From assembly GCF_963921235.1 (NCBI RefSeq), contig NC_086097.1, positions 42,904,001 to 42,968,000 on the forward strand: a stretch of 64,000 nt of DNA. The letters run 5' to 3'. The translations under genes were made by a program, and so were the position numbers. The stretch is from Mobula hypostoma. Taxonomy: Eukaryota. Positions 25,356 through 39,037 of the stretch are shown in pieces. Positions within the stretch are counted from its first letter, which is position 1. The number at the start of each line of letters is the position of its first letter. The notes below the pieces were generated by a model. It saw only the letters and a list, made by a program, of their open reading frames with translations. It was not told the DNA's origin and made no database searches.

Positions 25356-26598
25356 ATTCAGTGGTTTCCTCCCTGGCCACATTACTAGGTATACCTGTAT
25401 GCCTCATTAATGCAAATATCTAATCAGCCAATCATGTGGCAGCAACTGAATACATAAAAGCATGCAGACGTGGTGAAAAGGATCAGTTGTTGTTCAGACC
25501 AAACATCAGAATGGGAAGAAATGTGATTTTCACCATGGAATGATTGTTGGTGCCAGATGGGGTGGTTTGAGTATCTCAGAAACTGTTGATCTCCTGGGAT
25601 TTTCTCACACAGCATTCTCTAGAGAATGGTGCAAAAATCCAAATAATATCTAGTGAGCAGCAGTTCTTTGGGTGAAAACACCTTGTTAATGAGAGAGGTC
25701 AGGAAGGAACGGCCAGAGTAGTTCAGGGTGACAGGAAGGGGACAGTAGGCCCTCTGTTGATCTGGGTCGACCATGAATGTTGTATCCTATGCAAGCCAGC
25801 ATAGTCCGACATGAAGAGCAAGCTGTTGCCCATGTAACAGGCTGCCCTCCGCACACAACTGTTAAAACTAAAGGGACAGCTGAGACCAATCAGTTTGACA
25901 CCAGCAACAGCGCAGGAGTTGCCAGTCAACATTGAACTCAATGTAGGATTGCCTTAGGCATACCAGCTCCGGATTTCCTTCCCCATGAGTGGGTATAGAT
26001 GCAAGGCAACAGAAGTTTGAGACCAGAGTTTTCGTTCTCCTAGATAAGCTGCCAACCATGGCTGATGAGCCCCATCTGCCTGAAATGAAAGGTCTTAAAG
26101 TGCCAGTAATCCACCTCTTCCCCTTCTGTCAGTAGAAATGGCCCTGCCAGGCATAGTAGATAAGCCACATGTAGTTGTCAGAGGCTATTTGAGATGCACG
26201 CCATTGGGAGCATTTAATGGCTTATCTCCATTAATCCCCCCCCGCCCCCCCGGGCTGTGTCAACCTTAAGGAACCAGAAGGCAACAGTAACCCAAACAAA
26301 CATGCATTACAATAATGGTGTGCAGAAGAACCATGAGCTTACCAGAGGCCACCTTATTAGGTACAGCAGTGGTACCCAACCACCAGGCCACGGCCCGATA
26401 CCGGGCCACAAGGAAACGATATGATTTGGCTATATGAAACAATACAAGTCAGCTGCACATTTCCTCACTTCCTGTCACGCACTGTTGAACTTGAACACCC
26501 CCCCCCCACCCCCTTTGGCCGGTCTGCAAAAATATTGTCAATATTAAACCGGTCCGTGGCCTGGTGGTTGGGTGCCTAATAAAGTGCACACTGAGTAT
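25356..26598. mobile_element. Non-autonomous Tc1-like element with nested retro-fragment (~25740-26275) and hAT MITE (26367-26576)
   Basis: TCAGTGG..CCAC.TTA.TAGGTA-type termini (right end TAATAAAGTGCACACTGAG); MITE has inverted ends GGTACCCAACCACCAGGCCACGG / CCGTGGCCTGGTGGTTGGGTGCC. Confidence 0.65.
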
Positions 26599-27099
26599 AT
26601 TTCATTGAAAGGAGAATTGTGAAGGCAGTATTTTGAAGCAGTTCCAAATTGTTTAAAAGTGACAAGCATATGCGTGGGTTAAAGATTTATCTCTAATAAA
26701 AATTTGCTAAAGGATAAAGTGGAAGGATTCAGAAAGGTGAAAAGAAGTTAATACTGGGAAGAGTTTAAAGAAGGTAGACATACTTTATAGAGGAGAAATC
26801 CATCAGTTAAAAGTGAACTAACTATAACTATGTTCCTGAATAAAGAGAGCAAGACACATAAAATGCTGGAGGAACTTGGCAGGACAGGTGATATCTCTGA
26901 AGAAGAATAAGCAGACAACAGAAGTGCTGCCTGACCTACTGAGTTCCTCCAGCATTTTGTATTTGTTGCTCTGGATTTCCAGCAACTGCAGAATGTATTG
27001 GGTCCTAAAAATAAAGTTGCACTGTATAGAATCTAGAAAGTAAAAAGTAAATTTCAAGTCATATAAGTCAGTGATAATAAATCTGATTATAATTCTGAG

Positions 27100-27950
27100 C
27101 TGAGTGAGCCAGTTGATGTGATATGTTTAGAATCTCAGAAGAACTCTTAAGTTGCAACATTATAAAGTCATCATCGTGTTCAGAAGTATGTGATTTATAT
27201 CAATGGGGGAACCAAGTGTAATATACCCAAGTTTGCTGATGATATAAAACTAGGTTGTACTAGGATGCACAAAGGTTTTATGGGGATATAATGAATGGGC
27301 AAGTGCATGGCAGACATAATATGTGGGAAATAAGAGGTCATCCACTTTAGTAGCAAAATAGAAAATAGTGATATTGAATTTGAGGGACCTGGGTGTATAT
27401 CAATTACCAATTAGATTATGTGTAAGGACAACAAGCACTTAGGAAAACAAATGGTATGAATTCAAGGGTAGAGGTGTCTTGCTACATGTCTATACCTACA
27501 AAGGGCTCTGGTCAGATCGCATCTAACATATTTTACACAGGTGTGGTTTCCCTAACTAAGCAAGGTTATAATTGTAATAGAGGAGGGAGGTGCAATGAAG
27601 GTTCACCAGATTGATTTGTGAGATGGAGGATTTGTTAATCAAGGAGAGACTAAATAGACTGTGCCCATGCACTTAAAGAAGAGTGAGTGATGATTTCATG
27701 AAAATGTAAAAAAAAATTCTCAAGAGGCTTGTTAAGGTAATCGGAGTAAATATTTCTCCCTACTGAGGTGGGGGGGGAGGTGTCGCAGTTTCAAAATAAT
27801 GGGCTGACTATTCAGTTCACAGGAGAAGAAGAAACTTTTTCAACCAGAGGGTGGTGAATCTTTAGAATTCTCTATCCAAGAGGATTGTGCTGTAGTATAT
27901 TCAAGGCCAAAATCAATAGACTTTTGGATATTAAGGGAATCAAAGCCTTC
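27100..27950 (+). mobile_element. Old CR1 RT fragments
   Basis: Degenerate KFADD (aagtttgctgatgat) and CAGAGGGTGGTGAATCT 3' motif. Confidence 0.65.
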
Positions 27951-28139
27951 ATGACTGATCTTTCCCATTAAAAGATGGGTGGTCTTTAACTGTTTGCCAA
28001 CTTATGGTGTATTGGTACAATATTTGTAAAACTACAAATGTAGAGGGGTTCTATTAAATTGCATAAATGTATTTCTCAGACAAATGCGCATGTGCGTGTG
28101 TGTTTGCACGCGTGTGTGTGTCTGCCTCTTGGTGCTTCG

Positions 28140-29309
28140 TCATAGTCATACTTTATTGATCTCAGGGGAAATTGGTTTTCGTTACGGTTGCACCATAAAT
28201 AATAAATAGTAATAGAACCATAAATAGTTAAATAGTAATATGTAAATTATGCCAGTAAATTATGAAATAAGTCCAGGACCAGCCTATTGGCTCCGGGTGT
28301 CTGACCCTCCAAGGGAGGAGTTGTAAAGTTTGATGGCCACAGGCAGGAATGACTTCCTATGACGCTCTGTATTGCATCTCGGTGGAATGAGTCTCTGGCT
28401 GAATGTACTCCTGTGCCCACCCAGTACGTTATGTAGTGGATGGGAGACATTGACCAAGATGGCATGCAACTTGGACAGCATCCTCTTTTTAGACACCACC
28501 GTGAGAGAGTCCAGTTCCATCCCCACAACATCACTGGCCTTTCAAATAAGTTTGTTGATTCTGTTGGTGTCTGCCACCCTCAGCCTGCTGCCCCAGCACA
28601 CAACAGCAAACGTGATAGCACTGGCCACCACAGACTCGTAGAACATCCTCAGCATCGTCCGGCAGATGTTAAAGGACCTCAGTCTCCTCAGGAAATAGAG
28701 ACAGCTCTGTCCCTTCTTGTAGACAGCCTCAGTGTTCTTTGACCAGTCCAGTTTATTGTCAATTCATATCCCCAGGTATTTGTAATCCTCCACCATGTCC
28801 ACACTGACCCCCTGGATGGAAACAGGGGTCACCGGTACCTTAGCTCTCCTCAGGTCTACCACCGGCTCCTTAGTCTTTTTCACAAATTAGCTGAGATAAT
28901 TCTGCTCACACCATGTGACGAAGTTTCCTACCGTAGCCCTGTACTCAGCCTCATCTCCCTTGCTGATGCATCCAACTAGGGCAGAGTCATCAGAAAACTT
29001 CTGAAGATGACAAGACTCTGTGCAGTAGTTGAAGTCCGAAGTGTAGACGGTGAAGAGAAAGGGAGACAAGACAGTCCCCTGTGGTGCCCCAGTGCTGCTG
29101 ATCACTCTGTCGGACACACAGTGTTGCAAGCACACGTACTGTGGTCTGCCAGTCAGGTAATCAAGAATCCATGATACCAGGGAAGCATCCACCTGCATCG
29201 CTGTCAGCTTCTCCCCCAGCAGAGCAGGGTGGATGGTGTTGAACACACTGGAGAAGTCAAAAAACATGACCCTCACAGTGCTCGCTGGCTTGTCCAGGTG
29301 GGCGTTCAT
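28140..29309 (-). mobile_element. Rex1/Babar-clade LINE, 5'-truncated
   Basis: VRVMFFDFSSVFNTI, GAPQGTVLSPFLF, QKFSDDSA; C-terminal HPLH..RCNTERHRKSFLP. Confidence 0.9.
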
Positions 29310-31807
29310 TTTGATAATTCTGTGTTTTCATATGTAATTGTTCAAACAAATTTAAAAATAAGTAGTGCTGCTTATTTGCATACAACTGGAACGCTCCTCC
29401 TCCAGTAAAGTCAAAATGAACTTGGGTGCTGTACCTAAGTTATTCATAGAATGTTAGGAAATGAGATTAGGGGAGGATAAATCAACTACTTGTGAGAAGC
29501 AGAGAAAGAAGGGTTATAGTAATTGGACTGTAGAGGTATCTATTTTGATTCACAGAGACTGAAGATACATGGCAATCATGTCTATGCTGATAATTCCTAT
29601 TATTGTAATAAATGTCAAAAAGAAATATCTTATTTGCTATTTCAAAATAGTCACATAAACTGCTCATGTACAGTCTTAATCCAGTTTTACTACTGCACCG
29701 TGATAAAAATCAGCTCAGGTATTCAATACCTACTACTTTAACAATGGCGGTTGAACTGGACTTGAAATAGCACTTTTAATTCTGTCTTGAACAGTATGAA
29801 AGTAAAGAATGAGACACAAGATACTACAGTTGCAGGAATCTGGAGCAAAAAATAAGCTGCTGGAGGAACTTAGCAGTTTGAGCAGCATCTTTTTTTGGGG
29901 GTGGGGCGCGGGTGAGGGATGTAACAAATCATTGACTTTTTGGTCAAGACCCTGCATCGGGACTGAGGTGACTAGGTTGGGATTGGTGTGGAGTGCTGAG
30001 CGTTCAGACGGGATGAAGTGAGTGGAGAAGTTGAGGCAGTTGGTGTGATGGCAGTTAGAAATGAAAAGCTCGACAGATGTGGTGCTCAAAAGAAAGGGGA
30101 GTGTTGGAGATCTGAAAAAGAGCTTTCAGTGAGGGGAGAGGAAAAGAGCACCATTTTGCTGCACAGTAGAGTGGGCAAACATGACAGGCCCAGGATTCAT
30201 CATGCTGGGGCACAAGAGTACAAAAGTAAGACCTTGGCAGATGATTAACCACTCGGCATCAAAAGCGGGGGAGGTCAGGTGGGGTGATGAAGACCTGACA
30301 GGCAATGGGGCAAAGCCTAGGTCCAGAAGCAAGAGACTAATGGGAAGGGAGGGTGAGATGGGGGGAAGGGGAGGGTTAGGGGAAGAAGAGAGAGGAGCGG
30401 TGCTGCAGGTAGGATACTAGGTGGGGGGAGGGCAAGGGGCCCATGGTGAGAATCGTGGCATGGGAAAAGGGAGTAAGATCCAGTGGAGTTGTGAGCCTGG
30501 AACTGAGCAAGCTTTTGAGCCTTCTGAGCTGATACGGCAGAGGTTGCAGAAGAATTTCAGACCCTGGTACATCTGAGATGGTGGAGCATGGGATGTGGAG
30601 GGAAAACTGTGGGGAGAAGTGATGAATTGCATGGACGTACCTGAGAGCCTGGCTGGGGGAAAATCCAGGAAAGCGAGGTCCCAGGGCTGCTGGAGGGAAA
30701 CAAAGGAATGTCGGAGTATGGGATGTAAAGGGAAAACTGGGGAGAAGTGATGAGTTGAATGCACATACTTGAGATCCTAGCTGGGGGAAAAACTGCAAAA
30801 AATAGAAATAGAGCTCGAAGCTTGCAGAACAAGATGGCGATGAAGACAAGTCCTAATGAAAGTTGTGGCTGTAGTAATGAATTTTAATAAGAATGTCTGA
30901 AGAGCAGGGGCAGCAGTGAGAGGGAGTTGGAAAACTGCTGTTGAAGAGATGTAGAAAATCTCTTCAAAATCAGCATGTCTTGAGACTTTGCAGTGAAGTT
31001 GCAAAAGTGAAAGGCAGATGATGGAATCTGGAGCATGACCAAATAACAGGAGGATTCCTGATGCAGAGTCTCAACAAGTAATGTTGAAAATTCTGCCCCA
31101 CCTTCCCAATTACCCTACTGAAGATCATGTCCTACCAGCAGTTTGATTTTTATTTTGAAAATCAAAGTCAGTTGACCTTGGGTGATTTGGATTTCAATAC
31201 CTTGGGTTGACATTTTTTTTGGCTTGAATGTGTTAAGTATCTTAAGTACTTGTAATGAGGAAAGGTTGAACTATTCCACTATAGCTTCCACTTTTACATG
31301 TACAGCTTTACAGGAAGTACATTTCAACAAGGAATGTTATATAGATTGGTTATACCTCTCTATCTCCTTCCGATAATCCACTATCCCATTGTTGAGAAAT
31401 CCCAGTCGTTTAATATCTGGTTCACTGGGCCCCTGTTCCTATTGAGATAGAGTTATAACCCATCTATACAACATTCCTTGCTGGAATGGACTTCCTGTAT
31501 GCTATTTTTAAAGACAATTTCAAAAATATTATTCCGATAATTGGAAAATTTGCCTATCCTGCTCAGCAAAGCGAAGGTGCCAGAAAATGAACCCTAATAC
31601 AAGTATTGACACTCAAATGACATACATGTTTCAGTAATGTTAAAATCTGATTCCATTCTGTTTTCTGGGGAATAATTACTTGATGGAGCATAGTTCGGAA
31701 TGGTAAAACAAATGTCTTATCAATAAATCAAAGTTAATATTTTTAAAATAGAACTTAATTGTAAACAATGAACAAATATTTCATAAACTGTTTTCTTTTG
31801 TTAACAG

Positions 31808-32535
31808 GCAGATGTGAATAATTTGAGGAATTTCCTTTCAGCTTTAAGGCTGGCTCACCGAGGTAGTGAAATAGACACTATATCACTGTCCAACCTGGCT
31901 CCAGTGAAAACCTCTGAAGTCGAAAAACCAAAAACCAAAATGGTAATAACATCAAGAAAGGATTATCCTATTACTACAAATTTTCCATACTCTCTAGAAC
32001 TTCTGCAGGTTTCCTTCTGCAAACTGGCACGTGTGGATATGCGAATGCTTTGCCTACGAAGACTACGGAAACTGGATCTCAGTAATAACCACATACGCAA
32101 ACTTCCAGCTACCATTGGAGACCTTACTTGCCTATCTGTGCTTGTTTTGCATAATAACTACCTGGAAACATTCAGCGTTGGATTGTGTAATTCCACTTTG
32201 CAAAAATCTCTGCAATTTTTGGACTTGAGCCACAACCATTTACGAGCTCTCCCTCTTCAGTTCTGTCAACTGCAAGAACTCGTTCATCTAAAGCTCGACG
32301 ATAATGAGTTAGTCCAACTTCCTTACAGGATAGGACGGCTAACTAAACTACGCTTCCTTACAGCAGCACGCAACAAGTTGCCTTATCTTCCATGTGATTT
32401 CCAGTTGCTATGCCTTGAGAATGTGGATCTATTTGGAAATCCCTTTGAACACCCCAACCCCCTTATTCCAACAATCCATTTGCAGATTCCAATGACTCTA
32501 TTAGAATCTGCAGCAAGAGCAACAATAAATTACAG
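31808..32535 (+). CDS. LRR1: LRR1 coding exon 3 (LRR array)
   Basis: ADVNNLRNFLSALRLAHRG... with LxxLxLxxN repeats; acceptor ttaacAG, donor TACAG|GTAAAA. Confidence 0.96.
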
Positions 32536-33007
32536 GTAAAAGATCTTAACTTTTCTTAAAATTATGATTATTAATGAGTTTTCTGTAGTTTAGCAGCAAT
32601 GTGAGATGGTCAATTGAGCATATTTAAAGTTACTTTCAAGAGATAATTAGTATATAGATCTAACTGCATTTCACACCTCCCACCATCCCGCAATTTTTCT
32701 TATTTCTGTTTGTCAAAACCCAAGGGTTCTAGACCAACTGCAATATCACACTAAATGAGATTTACCTGAACCTTCCTTTTCAATAGTCTTGACTAATCAA
32801 ACTGTTGTAGTTTAGTAAGTTCATCCAAATTAGGGGGGGTAATGCTTTACGTTAGAACCTCTTTGTTTTCTCCTTTCTCCCAAGGTGAATGCGATGTGGC
32901 AACAACCTAATGACATTGATAGGGGAACTATAAATTCAAATTCATGGTTTGGATGAGCCTCTAATCTTCAAATGATACCTAGATGCCTCAAAAAGATTAG
33001 AGTTTTT

Positions 33008-36000
33008 CTTTCTTTCTCAATATTTTTATTAATTTCTTACATAAAAGAATACAGAGTACAGTAGGATATATAATATATATCGATACAATATATTGAAATC
33101 ACAGATAAAGTGTAATTACCCCATATCCATATAAAATTAAATTTAAACATAATATTGAAAAGAGATAATTTTATTATACAAAAAATCTAAACCCACTACC
33201 AGAAAAAAAAGCTGTTAGGCTTTTAAAAAAAAAAGGAAGAAATCCTTAACATAGAGTAAAACATATTATTAGCCAACATACGTGTTTAATAGCAAATTAA
33301 AGATTTTGAAAATAATTCAAAAATGGTCCCCACAATATTAAAAAATCTTGTCTATGTTCAGAAATTGAACAGTGAATCTTCTCTAAATTAAACATGACGT
33401 AACATCATGTAACCAATGAGTATGAGTAGGTGGAGTGGGATCTTCCACTTTAGCAACAATGTCCTCCTGGCTATGAGAGAAATAAAGGCCAAAATACGCA
33501 GATCATGTGTCTCCAAAATAATATCATTTCCTCCAACAATACCAAATAAGGCAGTCAAAGGATTAGGTTTAAACTTTACTTTAAAAAGCACCGAAAAAGT
33601 TTGAAATACTTCCTTCCAATATTTTTCAAGACTCAGACAAGTCCAAAACATATGGATTAGTGAAGCTTCTCTATTATTACACCTATCACAAAAGGGAGAT
33701 ATAGCCAAATAAAATGATATCTTTAGACATATGGGCCCTATGAACCACTTTAAATTGTAGAAGGGAATGACGGGCATATAACGATGCGGTATTAACTAAT
33801 TTAAAAATTTCATTCCAAGTGTCCTCAGAAATTGAAATCTGTAAGTCTTGTTCCCAAAGATTTTTAATTTTATCTAAATGAATATTTCTCATTCCCAACA
33901 ACATACCATAAATATTAGATATAGATGCATTATGGAAGGGTTTCAAATTAAAAATTATATCAAGTAAATTTTTATCTAGACTTTTAGGAAATGTATGTAC
34001 TTGAGAACGCAAAAAATCTCTAATTTGTAAATATCGAGAAAAATGAGTTCTTGGTAGGCTATACTTAACTGACAGTTGTTCAAATGAAGAGATACTGCCT
34101 CCAACAAACAAATCATGAAAACATTTAATACCCAATCTATGCCACTCTTTAAAAACTACATCAGACATAGAAGGTTTTAAAAAAAAATAGAAAAAATGGG
34201 ACTGATAAGTGAAAAACTCAATAAACCAAAACATTTTCTAAATTGTACCCAGATCCTTAAAGTGTGTTTAACTACAAAATTATCAGTTAAATTACTTAAA
34301 GATAAAGGAATTGAGGATTTGAGAAGAGGAATGATAGAGAATTTATTAACAGAGTTAGCTTCTAAAGAAACCCAGACCAGACAGTCCTCTCGATTAATAT
34401 AATATAACCAAAACGTAAGATTCGGTATATTGACCGCCCAGTAATAAAACCTAAAATTGGGTAAGGCTAAACCTCCATTCTTTTTAGCTTTTTGAAGATG
34501 AATTTTATTTAATCGAGAGATTTTATTTTTCCATATGTAAGAATATATAATAGAATTCAAAGAATCAAAGAAGGATTTCGGGATGAAAACAGGTATGGCC
34601 TGAAATAAATATAAAAATTTAGGCAAAATATTCATTTTAATGGAATTGATACGGCCAATTAACGATAAAGAGAGGGGTGACCAATTTGAAAGTGCCTTCT
34701 TAACATAATTCAGAAGTGTAAAAAAAATTTTCTTTAAAAGGGAATTTATAATTCCTAGTAATTGTTGCGCCTAAGTAAGTAAATTGATTTCTTACTATTT
34801 TAAAAGGAAGGTTAATATTAACTAATACCAAATTATTCAAAGGAAAATGTTCACTCTTATGAAAGTTAAGTTTATATCCAGAAAACTGACCAAAGCAGGA
34901 AAGTAAAGAAAGTAGAGAAGGTAAAGAAGACTCCATATTAGAAATGTAGAGCAAAAGGTTATCAACATAAAGTGAAACTTTGTGGGTAATATCCTTCCTT
35001 AAAATGCCAGTGATATCATTAGATTCCTGGAAAGCAATAGCTAAAGGTTCTAAGACCAAATCAAAAAGCAAAGGACTCAAAGGACAACCTTGTCTAGTTC
35101 CACAATAAAGTTTAAATGGTTTAGCGTACTGACGGTTAGTAAGAACCTGAGCGGAGGGAGATAAGTAAAATAATTTAATCCATTGAATAAAATCGGGCCC
35201 AAAGTTAAATTTTTCTGAAGTTTTAAATAAATAATTACATTCAACCCGATCAAAGGCTTTCTCAGCATCTAAGGATATCACACATTCTGAAATCTCTTTA
35301 GAAGGAGAATAAATAACATTCAATAAATGACGAATATTAAAGTGGGAGTATTGATTTTTGATAAATCTAGTCTGATCATCAGAGATAATAGATGGCAAAA
35401 TATTTTCAATCCTACGAGCCAGAAGTTTAGATAAAATTTTAGTATCAACATTAAGTAAGGAATTAGGTCTGTAAGAACAGCATTCAATTGGGTCCTTATT
35501 CTTTTTAAGAATAAGTTAAATAGAGGCTTCATAAAAAGATTGTGGCAACTTGCCTAATTTAAAAGAGTCAGAAAGGACTGAATATAAACGAGGTATAAGC
35601 AAAGAGGAAAAAGCTTAATAAAACTCTCCAGAAAATCCATCAGGACCCGGAGCCTTCCCCGAGTGCAAAGAGTGAAAAACATCGGCAATTTCCTCATAAG
35701 AAATTGGTTGATCCAACAATTTTCGAATATCATGAGAAAGTGTAGGAATGTTTAATCGATCTAAAAAATTATTCATTAATTATCTTTAGGAGGATCAGAA
35801 TTATAAAGTTTAGAGTAGAATTCTCTAAAAGCATTGTTTATTTCTAAATGATCAGATGTTTTATCACTATTAGCTTTACAAATTTCTTTAATTTGACATT
35901 TAACTAAAAGGTCTTTAACTGGTTAGCTAATAGTTTACCTGTTTTATCTCCATGAACATAAAACTGACTTTTATCTTTTAAAAGTTGCATTTCAATTGGA

Positions 36001-38529
36001 CAAATTAAGAGCAGATCGTATTTAGTTTTAATTTCAACATGTCTTTTATATAAAACAGGATCTGGAGCCAAAGCATATTTTTGGTCTAATTGTTTCAACT
36101 GATTGGCTAATTCAATTCTCTCCTTTATTAGCTTCTTTTCTTAACACTTGCAGTAAAAGAAATAATTTGTCCTCTAATATAAGCCTTAAAAGCAACCCAT
36201 AAAATAAGACTAGGAGGCTCTTCTAGCATATTCTCTTCATAAAAAAATAATTTGTCTCTCCAAAAATTTTTAAAATCTTTATCTGATAAAGTTGGATTAA
36301 AACACCATAATCTGTTTATTTGGGAGATACCCGGAAGATTTAAAGATAAAAACACAGGAGCATGATCTGAAACAGCAATTTCTTTATTTTCACAAGATCG
36401 AACTAATGGAATCAGTTGGCTATCAACAAAAAAAAATAATCCTGGAATATGTATGATGAACATGAGAAAAAAAAATGAGTACTCTTTATCTGTTGGATGC
36501 AAAAAAAATGCCAAACATCAACAATATCACATTTCATTAGAAAAGATTGAATAAAGGAGGCAGATCTACTACAAGTCAATCGTTTAGAAGAAGGATGATC
36601 TATAACAGGATCTAAACAACAGTTGAAGTCTCCTCCTAAAACCAAAGAATATAAATTTAAATCTGGTAAAAGCAAAAAAAAGTTCAAAAAAAGCCTGGAT
36701 CATCTATATTCGGGGCATACAAATTAGCAAATACCATTAATTTATTATCTAATTTCCCTGAGACTATAACAAAATGTCCATTGGTATCAGACACTACATT
36801 ATGTTGAACGAAAGAAACTGAATTGTCTATAAGAATCGAAACTCCTCTTGGAATGGAAAGATAAACCCTTCCAACGGCTGAAAAGACGTAAATTATCACA
36901 TTTACAAACGTGTTTCTTGTAAAAAAAAATTGAGACATTCAATTTCTTAATATAATTAATACATTTCACAGGATGGTTTAATCCTTTCACATTAAAACTA
37001 AGTAAATTAAAAATATGGTCCATTTTAAATATTGCTTAAAGGAGATGTGTGAATAAAAACCACTGCAATATATATTAAATCCAAACAATGAGCTTTAAGA
37101 AAAAGTAACCAAGGAACAAATGAAGCTAAGAGAGCCAAACAGCTGATAGAAAAAAAGAAAACCACCCCCCCATCCCCGCCCAAAGAGAGAAAATTGACCA
37201 AAGGGCAGTCGACAGCTAAACCTACCATTTCCTCCCAAAACAATCTACTGGCTGAGCTCCAAAAAAAAATTTTCAAGGCAAAAATGCATTCCAGCAAGAC
37301 ACAACAAAAAAAGAGCAAAATTAAACATTTTTTTAAAAAACCTCATTAAAATTATAGTATAAAAATATTAGAAAGAAATATGAAAGTTCAGATCATATTA
37401 ACTTAGGAAGTATTAACTCAAAGAAAACTTACTAATACTAAATCCTTAATTTTCTAAACAAGGAAATAGAAGTACAAAAAAAAATTAGAAGGTATACCAA
37501 AAGTAGTAAAAACAATTGTTTATAAAAGAAAGTAATGAACAGTTAGACTGCTGATTTCTAAAACAAAAGGATCTATCAGGCAGATGCAACATAAGTTTGT
37601 GTGAAGAATCATTGAACAGTTAAACTTCTGAGATTGATTCGGCACTCAAGAAAACCTGCACCTCTTTGGTGGAACGGAACCATCTCGGAGAGCCATTTTT
37701 CAAAAAGATTCTAGATGAGCGGGGTAATGAAGTGAGGGCTTAAAACCTTTATTATACAGATCAGACATGATTTTTTAAAACTTGAAGCGTTCATTCAACA
37801 CCTCAGGAGAAAAATCTTCCACATTTCTGAACTTCTGGTCTTCATAATCAATCATACCTTTCCAATGAGAGTCACGAATTAAAAGTTCCTTTGTTTGAAA
37901 GTCGTGAAGACAAATTATCACTGAACGGGGTTGTCCTCTCAGTGGAGGTCTAGGTACAGGCAATCTGTGAGGTCGGACTATTTTAGGTGGAGATTTTAAA
38001 ATATTTGGAAATAATTTAGCCAAAAGGTTTGCAAAAAATTCCGAAAGCTGATTGCCCTCCAATGACTCTTTAAAACCCAGAATATGTAGATTTTTTCTTC
38101 TGTTTCTGTTTTCTAAGTTGGTAATCTTCTGTCTTAATGTTTCGTTAACCTTTAACTGTTTATCACAGATCTGTTCCAGGTCGTCAGTCTTCGTGTCGAA
38201 CATCGTCAAAGTGTCTTCGTTCTCTTTTATCTGTTTATCGTGTTCACTTAAAAGTGTTTTAAATAGAATCCAATTTTCCATCCATCCGTTTAAATTCAGT
38301 GCTGAGTTGCTGGAACTCCTCCGAAAGTTCATTTTTATGCTTCCGAAGTGTCACTATAACAGATTCCAAAGTTACAGGAGGGTCCTCTTTTTTAGTAGCT
38401 TTAGCACGACTCATCATAAACCAATATTGCGTTTAAAAGTAAGTTTTCAAAACAAGCTAGAAGCAGTAAATTAAAGAGAGTAGGAGCGCATATAAAAACA
38501 CTGCTACTCCATCAGCCAGTAGGATCTCT
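33008..38529 (-). mobile_element. Near full-length L1-clade LINE in LRR1 intron 3 (ORF1 ~37.6-38.35 kb; ORF2 ~33.35-37.02 kb, disrupted)
   Basis: EN SFNVKGLN, GGDFN, SDHAP; RT SLDAEKAFDRV, GTRQGCPLSPLLF; C-terminal CDRC..HMFWTC; ORF1 LENRNRRKNL; TSD GATTAGAG(T/C)TTTT at 32995-33007 and 38530-38542. Confidence 0.93.
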
Positions 38530-38784
38530 GATTAGAGCTTTTAAAATTTCACAGCATAAAGTAATGCAACAAATCAAGCTATTAATACTCTGCATCTTGC
38601 ATAAAATCTAGTATCAGACAGAAATTAATGTATTACCTTTGCATTGTCATTTATTTCCATCACCTAAATGGTCTGGAATAGCTTTTGAGTACATTGTTGT
38701 TTAAAGGCTGCTTAAGTTGCATCCTGAATCATGCATAGATTCATTCAGTTCTAACTAAATGTTTTTTCTTTGCTTTTTCTAAAG

Positions 38785-39037
38785 AATTGTGTACGGGCCA
38801 CATATCCTTCCAGCTCACCTGTGTCAAGATCTGGATTTGATTAAAGGATGCCTTTGCAGAAGACCTTGTCTGAACTCTTTCATTCAAATTGTTGTAAATC
38901 TGAATTTACATCAGGTGTCCCATACGGTGGTCCTGGTGGACAATATGGGTGGTACTGAAGCCCCAATTCTCTACTATTTCTGTTCTTTAACTTGTTACTC
39001 ACAGTTCCTTGATAAGTATCAACAACGTAACAGATAG
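38785..39037 (+). CDS. LRR1: LRR1 coding exon 4 (C-terminus)
   Basis: R-IVYGPHILPAHLCQDLD...VSHTVVLVDNMGGTEAPILYYFCSLTCY; phases join to 1269 nt = 422 aa; AATAAA at 39592. Confidence 0.95.
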
